A stretch of DNA of 64,000 nucleotides from Lingula anatina (GCA_051362555.1 CM120640.1:20646001-20710000), one strand, 5' to 3'; counted from the first letter of the stretch, positions 28,901-43,195 are shown. The notes: generated from the letters alone by a model not told the origin. Numbers and translations: made by a program.

Positions 28901-31900
28901 AATGTTGCGCGTGGTCCGGTGAATGAAAAAGAGTACTTATGAAATAAAACCAAGAAATACATTTTTAACATTATAAACGGCTGTCGACGTAATAGGGACG
29001 GATATCAGCTAAAGAAGAAATTGACGTCTTACACAATGGGCTTGTTTGAATAACTTGCCTTCTGAAATTTACTTTCTACTAATCGGAAATAGTATACAGT
29101 TTGATTTGCCTTAGCGGCAATAGAAGCATGGAAGTTGGAAATGGAATTGGAATTGATATTTTTGTTTGTCCCTTTCAATCGATAACCAGAGCGGTTAAAC
29201 AAATTTAAACAAGAGGAATTTATTAAATATAGGCTGAAGCTTTGATAACGGGTCTTTGATGTGATGGATGGAAATGAATGAGGCTATTCTTGCCGCCCCC
29301 TTGCCCTCCCCCGAAACACAAAATACACCCACTTGACATCACCTATTTTTCACCTCTTTCAGAAACATTTCAGAGTTAAGCAAATTGCGGACTGACGCTG
29401 TAGATAATGAAGACTCATTTGATTTAAAAACAGAAGATATAAAAAGTGCCTTCTCTCTTTTGTTTTTCAAACTCTCTGCTAAAACTTTGTCTAATTTTCC
29501 CCTTGCGATCGAGATGCCGAGTTTTCATTGGTGAAATGAACGCTAAAAGACAAAATTAGGATCTGAATAAAAATAGCGCTTTGCAATACTGAGCTTTATT
29601 TAAGAAAAAAAGTGAGTTAACTCATCATGGATTTACCCTCGTGTAACCTACAGTGTATAATGCATCTCTTCTAGATGACGAATATCAATGAATTTCCAAT
29701 TGCAGCGAAAGTAAAAAGTCAAGTGTTTTTAAATCACACCGCAAGAAAATTAAAACTAAATCAAATGGTCGCAGCCAGACAGTAATTGAATTTTAATGAT
29801 CTAACTTATTTCCCCAAATGTCCTTCAAAAATAAATTCTCTCATTTCTCTTTCTTTCATCTTCCTTTCAACTTCATGTGCGGTCCCCAGGGCGGCTTCGA
29901 CTCAGGTGAGGGCCAAAAGTCGAACGATTGCACGCAGTCATTAATATTCTCTATTGTTACAAAGAATTAAATTATTGACTGCAAGCTACGGGGCTTTGAA
30001 CTAGCGGGGCAAACAGGTACACCGACACCGGCTCCCAGTCGACTGTCTCTCCGCTTATCATTCCACAAAACACCAAAATACATCTCTGTCAGCGCTCGAC
30101 ACGAGAATGGGAAGACCGCCGTTGAGTACGTCTTCCGTGAAATTAGATATGAAAAATTAGAAATGCAAAAGGCACTCACGCTGCCATTGACATCTCCCAG
30201 TGTACAGCATGCGGTCTGCTACGTCATCAGGTCTGGCGCCAAGCAGTCTGCGTTGGCCAGGTGAGCGGAGGGAGGGGTGGTCTAGTGATCGAACAGCCCC
30301 GGGACTATCCCGTTTCGCCAATATACACAAATACCTAAGTATGCAGGCCACCTGCATCGGACAGGGAATACAAAGCTAACGAGCGGATCGTCTTGGTTGC
30401 TAGGTAAAACTCAATATATGTCGGGTTTAGCTTTTCAATCAGCAACTGCAGGTGTGCGCCGAAGAGGGGGGCTACAATTGATCCCGACTGTCGACGGGGA
30501 AGCTGTGAGAAAGCTGGTGCCAATCGATTTGTGAATTACCCTATCTTCGTTTCGCCTTATAGAGAACAAGATCTTTTTAAAAGAATAATCTTATAGCAAA
30601 TAAAATTGAAAAAGCCACATGGTTAACTGTGCCCCATTATCTTATGCTTTTAAAATGAAATGCGTTTTTAAGTTTTCCTCGCCCTCACTGAAATGGATAC
30701 GAATATTCCTATAAAACTAAGTTGAAGTTTTTCAGTAACCAATGCCCCCTCTTTTGAAGCCCACATTTTGGTAAACGGCTATGTTTAGTCAACATTTCCC
30801 CACTGCCTTTTGCCCTGGGACTGATTGCAGATCAAAAGTAGTCTCCAATGAGCTATAATACGGGGATTATACCTGTCAGTTCTTGTCCCGGACGTTTTGT
30901 CAAAAAAACATAAAAACAAAACTGGATAGACTGTTACAAGGTTTTTATCTCTCCTGTTTGACACATCATGGATTAAAAATACAGATGTCGCGATGTTTGA
31001 ATTGAGATACTCCGCTGACAAGATTTGACCTGTCGCGAGCCGTGGTAAGCTGTCGGTTTACTTGGCTTAAGTCTTATCAATGAAAAATGGAGTTTTCTCG
31101 ACTATTCTGCTTGGAATGAATGTGTTTCACATCACGAGCAAACTCAACAAACACATTTGAATGTTTATACTATATTTATCACCATAAGCATGTTTCCAAA
31201 TCATAAAAATATTTTTGAAAATATCTCTTTAATGTGCAATACATAAATCTAGGTAAGAAAAAGCATGAAAAGACAGTAAATTATACTTTAAAAAAATTTC
31301 ATTTATACACGTGTAGCCTACTTTAGCGCAGATTACTGATAGTCAGAAATGAGAACTTTTTATATTTGTTGAAAACGTTGGACAACACATATAAATTTTA
31401 TTAGATTTGTTTTTTTTTACTATTTGAGTAATTAAATTGTAATATATTATAAAATAACTTAAATTAGCTATTCAACTTGCTTTTCTAATGTTCTTATTCA
31501 TATTTTTAACACTGGAACAGTAAAGACTAAACTAAATCTGTACATGCACATTCCCCAGGTTAAATGCTGAAATTTTGACTGATATACGCACGATCCTAAA
31601 TCTTCAAATAAAAAAAAACATATTGTGACAATTCAAACTAACCAAATGCTATCCGAATAACACCCTGCAGAGCCTCATTTGAAAATGAATAAACGCAGAA
31701 ACAATTTCTCAGAAAATATTCAATCATTACTATAAAGTGCTCACTGCAAAGGAATTGAATATATGAATTCTTTTGCGGCGACAATGATGGAAAACTGATA
31801 ATGACTGTACCATTTACGTGTAAAGGTGGACAATGAGCGCTAAACCTCGATAATCCAAAATTTTTATTTTCATGGAAATTTCAACTCATTATCCACACAT

Positions 31901-33997
31901 TTACAAATTATACCATTCCAAAACTGTTCACGAAATTACGATCTGCTAACCCATTTTTTTAAAAGTTTAGTTTTAATCCATTCTCGCAATGAAGTTGGAA
32001 GCTGCTTAATTTCAACTGTAACAGGAAAAATTAAAAACTTACAAAAAAAGTAGTAAAGTTCAATTTTTTCTCAACGGCTAATATACAGTATACTAAGGCT
32101 ATAGACACAGATCATTGTTTTCACACTGTTTTTTTTTCTTTCTTTTTTGTCCTTTTCTGTTGTATGATTTTGACATGGTTGAATCCTAAAGCTTCATATT
32201 ATTTTGCTATTAAATCAATTTTGAAGCTTTTTATTCATTTATTTATTGCTTCACTTTCATCAAATAATGCTTTCATTTGCTCTCAATTAGTCATACATGT
32301 GTATTGGTAGAATAACAAACATGATTTCTGTGTAGCTGATGACATTTTAAGCATGTTAGAAAAAGAAAAATAGACTTAACAGGTTTTTCAAGTTGATTAA
32401 GGTTGCCGAAGGAAAATTCTGGACAAGGGCAACTTGCCATAAAAGCAAAAATGGCGTTTTCTTTGTTCTCGAATACAAAAATTCCGTCTCCAACTATGCT
32501 TGATTACCAGTTAAGCTTAATTGTGTATAATTCTTTTTAGAAAATATGTGATGTGACATTGATGAGTAAAACGTTGTATTTTGCCGACGAGACAGCTACT
32601 GAAATTTTGTTTGAAATATCAAAATATTCCATCAACCTCCATTCCAACTTTGCCTATAAAGTGTATCAAGTGCAGTAGGGTTTAAAGCTGATGAAATATT
32701 TAAAAACTTGACAGTGAAATTCGTCTTGAATCCCACAATAAAAACGAAAAATAAAAGAGATAAATTAATGATTTAAAATTCTGTTTTTCGAACATGTAAG
32801 GCCTAATGTAACTTCCCAAAGCCATATTTTTTATGTGTGCATATCCTGCAAAGTTACTAATCTTTTCCAATTAAAAATTTTAAAACTATGGATCTAAAAC
32901 CTCCCAAATCAAAGTACCTGGCCTTAACAGGTACTTCTTATCTGTATGGTTGAAAATGACATTCTAAATGACTGAATATGACCGAAATGTGCTCTGATTC
33001 GTGAATAGGAGAAAATTACATTTTTTTCCGAAAGGAAAATTCATTTCGGAGGGCAAATCTTGTATAAAGTACCTTTAAGTAAATCATTTTCTTTTTTACG
33101 CCCATTCGTGCTGCACTGCGTAATTTTCCCTTTTTTATATATTTTTCTTTTATTCCGCCCCTGATTTACAACGAATTCGAAAGGATAGTATATAAAACGT
33201 TTCGGTTTAATTTTTTTGATTTTCTAATCACTAGAGCACGAATGGCATTGTGGGACAAAATTTAGGTTTTCAGCAATTGAGAAGATAATTTTACAGATAT
33301 TTTTGACATTTACATGTAATAAAATACAAGACAGATAATATCAGTGTGCAGCACTTTTGAAAGAATATCTCTTTAACATTTTAGGTTTTTTAATTGAAAT
33401 CTTAAAAATTTTACATATGAATTTATGATTTGTTGATGCTTTTCTTTCTTTCAAAGATAGAATTAACACAGCATTAACAACAGCCTTCTGAACAAACGAT
33501 AATTGAAATAAATTGAAAAAATGTTAAAATGGCGCACTTCCCATTTCCATTTATAAAAATGGTCAATTCAGTATGAAGAAGAGACAGGCAGCGACACATG
33601 TAACACGAATATACCAACCTCTTGTGCATGTACATGTTCTTGAAGAAGATTTTTAAAGAAACTTAAATTTGAGAAAAGCGCAACAAAGCGGACTTTGAGA
33701 TTGAGGAAAAAAACGTAAGAGTTGAAATGATTATAAATCAAGAGACTAAACACTTATCATATTCCGTAGGTTCTCAAAGTTTTTTCTATTTTTGTTTAAC
33801 AACAATATTCCACGATAAAATGGTATATAATTGTCTTTTTGGTGCATGAAAAATCTTTTGTTCATCTAAAGATGATGTAGAGGAGTGATAAGTTATGTTC
33901 AGTAAGATAAATGAAAATCAAATGAAATCAGTTATAAGAATTACTCTCGACTTTTCATAATAAAAAATCCTCGCAGGATTACTTATTTCATTATTTA

Positions 33998-34070
33998 TTT
34001 GTTAAAAGAACATTGTGTCATGTCTGTTTCAATTCATTTTATTTTTCGCTGTCTTGATTATTTTTAATTG
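33998..34070 (+). repeat. 73-bp dispersed direct repeat, copy 1
   Basis: Near-identical (about 2 mismatches) to 35805-35877. Confidence 0.9.
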
Positions 34071-35804
34071 TGTTCGGTACCTCTACGATGGCTTCGATCT
34101 AGTAGTAGATTTTAGTAAAGTAATGAGATTAGCTTATGTTTTGTTATTTCTTCCTTTTTTATTTCAATTTTCATATCTTTTTCATAGTAAGAAAATGAAC
34201 AGCTTGCATTAGTGTACAGTATAGCAGGCTTTAATTTAGCCCAACTAGACATAATCACAGGTCACTATCCTATTTAAAAAACATGCCTGAAATACTTGAA
34301 ATTGAATCATCAATTACCTACAGAGATATGGCGTATATTCTATTGAAAACACATGTATGATTAATTCAATTACTGAATTACGAACTGATGAATTTAATTC
34401 GGCGATCTGATACTTTGCGACTCGCGTGCTCTGATAACCCACACTGCGGTTAAATGAATAAAATGTTATTTCACTGCGGTTGTGTGCATAATATCATAGT
34501 TTTTTGGAACAATAGTTCCAGCATGACCTGTGTAGAGGACGTGTATTAAAGCTACTTGAAATTTAAACGAAATTTAAAAGAAGTTTAACAATTGAAAAAT
34601 TAATGCATTTCTTTCACATTGTTTGGTTACGTACTTGGGTTCAAATTCCTGATTCCGTTTTCTTGAAACCTTTTGCCTTGATGAAAACTTCAAATAAAAG
34701 TAATTATCTGGCCAATTGATACATTTGATCAAGTTGATAAAAAAAATTTGAATGGGAAACAGACTTACAAAATGACTTTTAAGTCCAAGCATCTCTACTT
34801 ACCTTGAGCTGAGGTAACGGCAATACCTTCGCATAAATGACATTTTCTTCCTGTCCGATCAGTTCAAATGATAGTTGAATTTTCATATATCGCTTACCAT
34901 GAAGAAGAGATTGTAAGACTAAGGTATCTCTGGACATATAGTCACCACTTTGTATCGATCAAAAGTGAGACGCGATGCATGAAAAATACAAGTTTACACA
35001 AGATTTGTTTGTGCACCGGGTGGCATAAAGAAAAGGTTAACTCAGTTTGAGTTAACTCAAAGTTCAATTAACTTCTTTCATCGATTTTTCCTAATTTATG
35101 AAAAGGTTGACTCTATGGTCAACACCCAGGCGTTTTTGAGTGCAAAGAGAGAATCGGTTATTTCTAAAAACACATTCTTTTGTATTGTCAGTGGAACTTG
35201 AGATACGTTCCGTTTTAAACCTCGCCATTTTCATTTTTTTCTCTGTTGTGTTTGGTTTTCAAAGGCGTTGCTGGCGATTGGCGGGAAACACTGATAAGAA
35301 ATTATTAGATTGTAGTTATTTCTAAAAGATATTCTTTTTCAGTTTTCATATCTGAAATTCCGTGCTAAGAGCTTATAAAGTAGCGTTAATCAGCATATTC
35401 TATATTTAACAATATTTGAAGAAACTTAACTTGAATAGGGCGATTTCATCAAAGTGAAGCGAAAATCCGAATCAAGGCAAGATGAGAAAGCGCGTTATCA
35501 GAATGATATGATATTACACATTTATAATGAAGGAAATAAGAAAAATACACGAAAGAGTTCAAAAGAAGAGTAAGAATTCGAGACGAGACTTTCGTTACCT
35601 TCTATGTCAGTTTTTACTGCATATTCATTGTATTAATTACATAAGTTATAAAAGTTTAAACTTTCAAATTTCGCTTCAATCATAACTGAGGACATGATTG
35701 GATTTACTTTATAGAAAGTCTATGCTGCAAGTGTAAATGCAGAAAATAATCACTCAAAGGACATTCCTTTTCGAAATTCAATATTGCCTTTGAAATGATT
35801 TATT

Positions 35805-35877
35805 TTTGTTAAAAGAACATTGTGTCATGTCTGTTTCAATTCTATTTATTTTTCGCTGTCTTGATTATTTTTAATTG
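35805..35877 (+). repeat. 73-bp dispersed direct repeat, copy 2
   Basis: Near-identical to 33998-34070. Confidence 0.9.
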
Positions 35878-38800
35878 CGTGCGTAAGTAAGTAAGTTTGG
35901 AAAAATAAAACAGTCAACCCAAGATTTTGATCATCATGAGTAGAAAGATCCAATAATTTTAATTGTAAAATTCTTAAATTTTTTTTTGACATTTCCATAA
36001 AGCTAGATATCAGTTATTCCACCCTTTTCAAAAAGCGGGGAATTTTTGTCTTAATGAAATAAATTGTCGTGTTCCGATCCGGTGGACCAAAATTCTTTAT
36101 CATCTTCACTGTGATCACCGTTTTAAAAGAGCATCAGGAAGTTGTCTTACGTTTCCACTAAAATCACTTTGTTTAATTCTAACATAACGCATTGGAATCA
36201 TATGATATAATTGATAGCAAAACACTTTAAAAAACCCAAATTTAACCAATTCTAATAGTAAGTTTTATTTTGTTGAAATATTATCAAAGAAACATAACTG
36301 CATGTATTCTTTAATTTTTTCAATGAGACGAGAAAAGTGTTAAAAGACGCCAGGTTGTCGCGTCACGTAAATCATGGTTTGTCTAAGATTTCCAATTATT
36401 TTCAAAGTAAAGGAGATTAAGGACACTGATAATGAAGAACAAGTTGAACCCGTCAGTTCGTTTCAAAGGCCTAGATATAGCCCTCGCCCGCCTGATACCC
36501 TTTGAGCCGTAACAAACACGTCCAAAAAGAAGCAACGCGTGATTAATTGAAAACAAGGCGATTTCACAGTTGTACACGAAAAAAATATTACCGCAGTTCG
36601 GCAAATACAGGTGTGTTTTTACAGCACATATCAAATAGAGTCCCCATATACTTCAGAACAAAAGTTGTCATTCCGTGATCGGTCAAAATTGGACACAAAT
36701 TTGATTGTATTCAACTTTGATTGATCAGAATTGGACACTATTTCTAATTTGCTAAAGAAAAATAACAATTTTCTACAAATTAGATGTATATATATATTTT
36801 TTTTTGTCGCTGTCAAGCTTCCCCTTTTCTCGTCACCTCACTATATAATATTGTCCGACTCAACGCCAACTTTCCTCAAATTGCAGCAAATTGGCTATAA
36901 GTGTCATGGCACTTTAGAGTCGCTAAAAATAATAACTTTCAATAATTACGTGTAAGGTACAACGTAGTTAATTTTAAAAAAAATATATTTCAACGTTTCA
37001 TGCTGGGGCATGCCGGAGGAAAGTTAATTTACTGGAGACATTGAAATGTGTAAAATCTGTATCCCGAATATGTTTGTAGTGAATATATGTTACATAAAAC
37101 TATTATTGGAACAATTTTGGCAAGTGTCAAATCAAAATAAAAAAGATTGGTGGCAGGGGTTGCTAAATGTTGGCTAAAAAGAATGCACACTTTTCCTGGC
37201 ATTATCCATAATTTTCAGTGATTGAAAACAATCATGCAGTCGGTTTCAAATTCGAAATATCTCACTTTATATTTTAAAGACATCTGTTTACTTTTTTGTC
37301 TTTAACTAAGTGAACGGCGACTTTCATTCCTTCTATCTTCGATGCTGCATGCAATTGCAGTATTCTAATTAAATGGTTGTTTCAATGAGTAACAGGGTGG
37401 CATCTACCACTGGTAAGAGAATAAATGAGAAGATGAAAAAATAATGTAAGAAAAGAATGGCCATTTAAGTATTTAATGTGAAATTGATATCTATAACGAA
37501 TTACAAAAGAGGAATAAATGATACACTTCTTGCTGCTTGCTTTACGGTAACTTAATCTGATTAACATTTTGTTATAAACCCCAATCTGAGTGAAAATTTT
37601 CAGATATTTTGATATAGTATTTAACGGAGCTGTAAAAGATAGATCAAAATAACTGCACCTAACAATGGCGGGAGGTTTTGTTTAATTTCTTTTTTGAGTT
37701 GTCAGTAATTTGGTGAAACCTTTGCGACGCCGTAGAATATCTGAGCAGCTATTTTAAAATGGTAAATTGATGTAGTCCTGCAACAAGACAAACAACTAGT
37801 ACTTGTCAGATTGAAAAACCTCTTTTATTGTACTAAAGACAGTAAATAATTTGTAGCAGTTCATGTAAAATGTGAATTAACCAGTCCTGCAAGTAAACAC
37901 CTTCATTTGAAACTTTTCATGTTTAATTTAGTATAGACTTCCATAGTCTAACCATCAAACATCTCTGTGTACATTTGGCGGTAAATCAGTCATCCAAAAA
38001 ACACGATGCCTACTCGTGGTGTTCACAATATGCACTCTTACATTCAGAAATCTTGCTTGTTTTCGGCCATTTTCCTGATCCAGTGCTTTACACTTGGAAA
38101 ATGGTTTTACATAATATGTATTTAATATATTTGTTGTAAAAATAAAAAAGGAATAATCTTTAATTTATGCTAAAGGTGCTAAATAGCCCCCCCCAAAAAA
38201 AAATAAGCTAAAAGGCCTAAAGAGTATTGCAAATTTGCATTAATTATTTGTTTATGCCTCCTCTACAGACGCACTCACCGCTGTATTCCGTTGGATTCCT
38301 CGGTCCAGACCTCTTTAAACCCCTTTTATTTTGGGCTTGAGACCGCTTGGAGGACGAGTATTTTGCCCACTCTCAGCCCCTTCAAACTTGGAGGTTTGAC
38401 AATATTTGATTGTCAACATCAAATTCATACATAAGGACTAATGAACTTTAAATGTTGAAGTTTTTTCTTTTGTTACATATTTGTGAGAGTGGGTAAAAAT
38501 TCGAACTCCATGCAGTCGCAAGCCAGGTGTGAAAAGAGGGTTAAGCACAATTTTTAGGCGGTTAAATTTACGTAGCTTCTCTGTCGCAATGACGATATCC
38601 CCCTTCATATTTGATGAATAGATCTGATGTGATTTAAAGCAACCGATGAAAGAAGAAAAGTTATTTTCATGTTGAAAAGTAAACGAAATGGATACAATAA
38701 AATCTGCAATTGTGGTTTTTATCAAGTTCTCCATTTGCACGTTTTGTTCGATCGTAATCTCTGATCCAAGTTATGTAATGCCATTTGCAGAATAGAATTT

Positions 38801-40262
38801 AGCCTCACTAATTTTTGTGCTTCTATGGAAGCCTGAGGCGAGTGTGCATATTGCGGAATCTTGGGGATTTTTTTCCATTCAGCACGCAGTGGTGCAGTTA
38901 TGTGTTGTGTGGAGAATATGCCTTGCTGTAGGTAAGGTTAAAAGAAATGACGGTTGGTTCATATTTGTGAAGGAGGCCTCAAACTGTGTCAGGTAGTAAA
39001 ATGTCTTGATATTTTAAGGGCTTCGGATTCAACACTATCTAATACATACATAATAGGCATTTTAGATTGTCCTTAATAAAAGGCCAATGTTTTATATACA
39101 GGATTCCAAGTTCTACAAAAAAAGTAAAACATTTTGCTTGTGGTGTTAAAACAGCATCACATTACAATTGTGGATTTTTTATATTAATGATTGCGCTGTC
39201 GAAGGAAGACACTGTCTATTGTCTCTCTAAATGTACCAAAGAGAGCTTTACCCAACTGCAATGAGTAAAATGAATATGATTAAATATTTTGTGGAATTTT
39301 TAAGCTGGTAACGCTTCCTTATTATTATAAAATTGGATATTTTATTGTCAGATTACGAAAGAATCCATTTTATGAAGTGTAAAAGCATTACATTATTATC
39401 CTTTCGTATACCCTCGTTTTATTAGTTCTGAGCTCCACAATTGAGATGGATAAAAGTTGGACCAATGTACTCAATTAAATATGCCTCAGGAAATCCAACA
39501 AGACGGTTTAGCGTTTCAGGGCCAACTGTATAGCTCCTGTCAAATCCACAGGTCGACCCCGTGTCACTGACGACCTAGTGACCGTATCATCATCAACATT
39601 GCAAGAAGAACCTACACTTACTCTGCCATTGCCATTGCTACAAAATTACGGGCTCATCATTTGCTTCACCTTGCCCGCTAATCTGTGACATAGTCCAACA
39701 TGGCTAAAGGGCAAGACAAATGGTTAATACGTCTAAGTTAACACGTAGCCAAGGCGTGAACAGGGTGTGAAACATTTTGAGTAACAGTGTATTAGACCAC
39801 ATGTATTGACTGCGAATACACGTATGTATTGAAGCAATCGGATAACGCCAAAAATGCCTAGATGCCGATAATTAACCCAGCTGTGGTCAGTAGGGAGTGA
39901 ACAAAATCCGGATTAACCCGGGTGTAGCATGAAAAACGGCTTATTAAGAATCTGATGATTTTCAATCTGAACGATTGTTTATAATCTTGTTGTTTTACCT
40001 CTTGCTGTTCTGGCAAAGTGCCATCTGCAAGTCAGCTATATACTGTCCTGTATTTTGAAATAAAAAAAGAAAAGAATTAACTCTGAAACAGGACTCCGCA
40101 GGCCCAACGTATGCCCAAACTCAGTCGCATAATGGCCAGTAAGTTCTAAGCTCTAATCAAAAGGTATTTGGAAACTCTCTTATCACCTCTCACCAAGCTT
40201 AATCGTATGACGTCAGTATCGTTTTGGCTCATCAAGAACAACTCTTTAGTTGTAATCATTTG

Positions 40263-40268
40263 TTTATT
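40263..40268 (-). terminator. Possible polyadenylation signal (AATAAA) of the arrestin gene
   Basis: First AATAAA I found on the minus strand downstream of the stop codon (about 1.27 kb). The hexamer is common in AT-rich DNA. Confidence 0.2.
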
Positions 40269-40783
40269 AAGAAGACTATTCCATCTACGTGTTGCTATAT
40301 TTCCACTGATAAGTGTTAATCTACAGTAAGAAGACGAGCGTGGCACTCGTTGTGAAAATCAATCTAATAATAAAATAAATAAGATAAGATTGGATAAATA
40401 ATAAAAACCGTGTATTAAAATGTAAGAAATTGCAACGACTGAAAAGTGTATGAAAATACGAGAATAGCTAAAATGTGACATAACGCTACTAGACAACCAT
40501 CGATTAAAGAGGGGAAATGAAACTAAACACTTTGCATATAAGGAAAGTACAAGCCCGCCTTAGGGACCTGCTTTTGTCCAAACATAAAAGATTGTCCGTA
40601 CGCGACTTTTTGCAGGCCGGATATCAAACAAATTCGCCAATTTAGACGACTAGATTACATAAAATCTCAACTTGCCATCTAACACAGACCTGTTCTTACC
40701 ATGGATATGGATGAAACTGAATTCATCTTCTGTGATATTGTCTAAATAACTGACCCATGCAGCGATGAACTTTCAAATAGACA

Positions 40784-40784
<1 letters not shown>

Positions 40785-40819
<35 letters not shown>
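40785..40819 (+). repeat. (AAT)n microsatellite
   Basis: Read directly. Confidence 0.95.
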
Positions 40820-40820
<1 letters not shown>

Positions 40821-41541
40821 CATGAATTATTGTTTAGAAAAGTGCTTATCCACGAGGTCCTTTTGATTCAACCTGGAGAGCTTTTTGGGAAAAATTATTT
40901 TAGCAACGGGTATCAATCGTGCTGTAACCGAAGCGCGTTCACTTCCTGTTTTCCCGAACAATCCTCACGTAGTTCATAACGGCATGGCATGCTTACCGCA
41001 TCGATCGAAATCATTACTAATGAAAAAGCTTGAATAAGAGTCAGGACTTCACTCGTATCAAACTGTAGGTATCAATAACACTATTTCACCTGCAAAATCT
41101 TTATACTTAAGGTGCACAATTCGCATCTATGGATCTTGACGTATAAATGTTTTAGGAGTGGTAGATATGATATATTTTATCCATTTATGAATATTTTCAT
41201 ATATGAATTGCATAAGAAATATATTACATTCAAGTGATCAGCTGGTCATCATTCGCTGCTGCGTATTTGTATTGCAGAATTCAGTGTAAAATGCTATGTG
41301 AGCGTAACGCTCGAAGTGTTATTCAAATGTACAAAAACGTACAGCATAAGGTTGTTGCCAGTGCACATTCCGACTTAAGGCCCATATTCGGAAGCACGTA
41401 CGTTCCCTTTTGATGTGTCTCTTCAAGGGGCGCATTTGCAACTCGATTCGCCTGTTCTGTTTAACATTAACGTTTCACTTAATGGAAACCCTTCTTTCTC
41501 ATGTAAAATAAACAAGACGTGATTTGTTTGCGTGTCACCCT

Positions 41542-41855
41542 TCACACTTTGGCCGTAGAAGAGCACGGGTCAGTTTTGTGACAGGCGGTTCCAATTTTTG
41601 AATTCTTTGGTATTTCAGACATTTTAATGGCGTCGCCATTTGACTCCGATTCTTCACTTTGTTCTCGGTCTCTATGCTGACAAACCTCGTGGCAGTTCGG
41701 CACATTAGTGACAGTGATTTTTTCGTGTGGCACACAAGCATATACGGGTCTGTATAATACTGTTTCGTCGCCAGATTCTGTTCCATCGTATACCTGACCC
41801 AATTGGAATTCCGGGCTGATGTACATGCCCCCTTCCGCAGTGTCTACTCCGTGTT
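41542..41855 (-). CDS. Alpha-arrestin terminal exon 7 (314 nt to TGA); joined CDS 1278 nt, 425 aa
   Basis: tttcag| acceptor; phase 1 fits exon 6. Encodes (E)HGVDTAEGGMYISPEFQLGQVYDG...LYRPVYACV...STAKV then stop. Confidence 0.88.
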
Positions 41856-42941
41856 CTGAAACAAATTGACACGTGTTTTATTATCATCTATTAGTAAACT
41901 TGGTATCTAAGACTGCATGGCAGTAAAACAGTAAGACCTTTATGACTCGGTAAACTTGTCACTGAGTTGTTCTCAGCGCTTTGTTGGGACTGAAATGGCA
42001 CCTTTTCCACAAAGCCACTTGAGTCGAAATTTGACTTAGAAAAGAGTGCCGAGAATTTTAGACGGCTATTTTGCGTCTGATGAAAAGTTGAAAAGGCAGG
42101 CAGCTTACCTCGCTTGTTCATTTTTTAAACTTCAAAAACAAATTGTTTTTATTGTTAATGGCGACAACTGCCCTCTTAGGTATATTTGTTTGTCAACTAC
42201 TTCTATTGTAAGTGAATTGTATATGTAAAACGCTCTTACCCAAATACCGCACTACGAACTGGCTAAAAACTTAAGATATTTTAAATTTCATAATTCTCTT
42301 TAAATTACTTAAACGTGTTCGAACCGAAACTGCGCCAGTAAGCCTGATAGTGTTAACGCACTTCCCATTGCAGATTTGATACGACCCCTATCACTGAGGT
42401 TATCAAACTAACTTGCGAAATAACATCAGGTGGTTCCAGATTAAAAGATTACTGTATTTCGTGTCTGAAAGAAGCATGTTGTATTGATTTCATTCCAGTT
42501 TCCGAATCGTAGCTATGTTTCATGCGCTATGGAGGTTGCAGATAAGATTATAAGATGAATTCTGAATGCTTTTTACGAGTCGCTGAACCGACTGAAATGA
42601 TTTCGGTGTAACACAGAAATCATTAAAAAGCCCCCAAACAACAGTGCATTAGTCCAATATTCTTCTTGTATCAAAAGAGGAAAATCGATGAAAAAAATTC
42701 AGATGAACGAAAAATTCACCTAAAATATCTTTTTACTATTGCATTCCTTTTCCGCTTCTTAGAGCGCTTTTCCGCTTCAGTGAACCTGTATTCGCACATA
42801 CATGTAGATACGTGCGCTTGCAGTAAAGAAGTGTCGTCCCGTCGACAACACGTCGTATGTTGATAAGAAAAGAGTGCTGTCTTTACTGTGAAGCAGTTAT
42901 AAATTTTCAGAGGCTTGAGGTCTTCGTTCCCGTCTACCTAC

Positions 42942-43053
42942 CATATTTAAGTTCTGGCATTGGAGCATTGGGTATTCTAAATGGAACTGTGGCGATTGTC
43001 ATTGGGAAATCAATCTCTAAATCTTCTCCAGCCTTGTCACGGCCCAGCGAGAC
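42942..43053 (-). CDS. Alpha-arrestin exon 6 (112 nt)
   Basis: caacag| acceptor and |gtaggt donor. Encodes VSLGRDKAGEDLEIDFPMTIATVPFRIPNAPMPELKY (P.tI.TvP marks the end of Arrestin_C). Confidence 0.94.
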
Positions 43054-43149
43054 CTGTTGGAAAAAGACCAAAATATGATTGCAAAATTTTAGATAAAATG
43101 AAATTCTTATTTCAGACATTCCAAATTTCAGTTCATTCGAATGGAAAAA

Positions 43150-43151
<2 letters not shown>

Positions 43152-43194
<43 letters not shown>

Positions 43195-43195
43195 T
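43152..43195 (+). repeat. (GT)n microsatellite in arrestin intron 5
   Basis: Read directly. Confidence 0.96.

Noticed and set aside
32397-33078. Possible TTAA-flanked (Kolobok/piggyBac-like) element
   Set aside because: Termini share only TTAA(A)GGT; no convincing TIR.
38170-38400. GC-richer patch with C and A runs resembling a MITE interior
   Set aside because: No TIR, TSD or second copy found.
41535-41887. Overlapping ORFs in other frames of the terminal arrestin exon
   Set aside because: Only one frame fits the splice phase; the others lack recognisable features.
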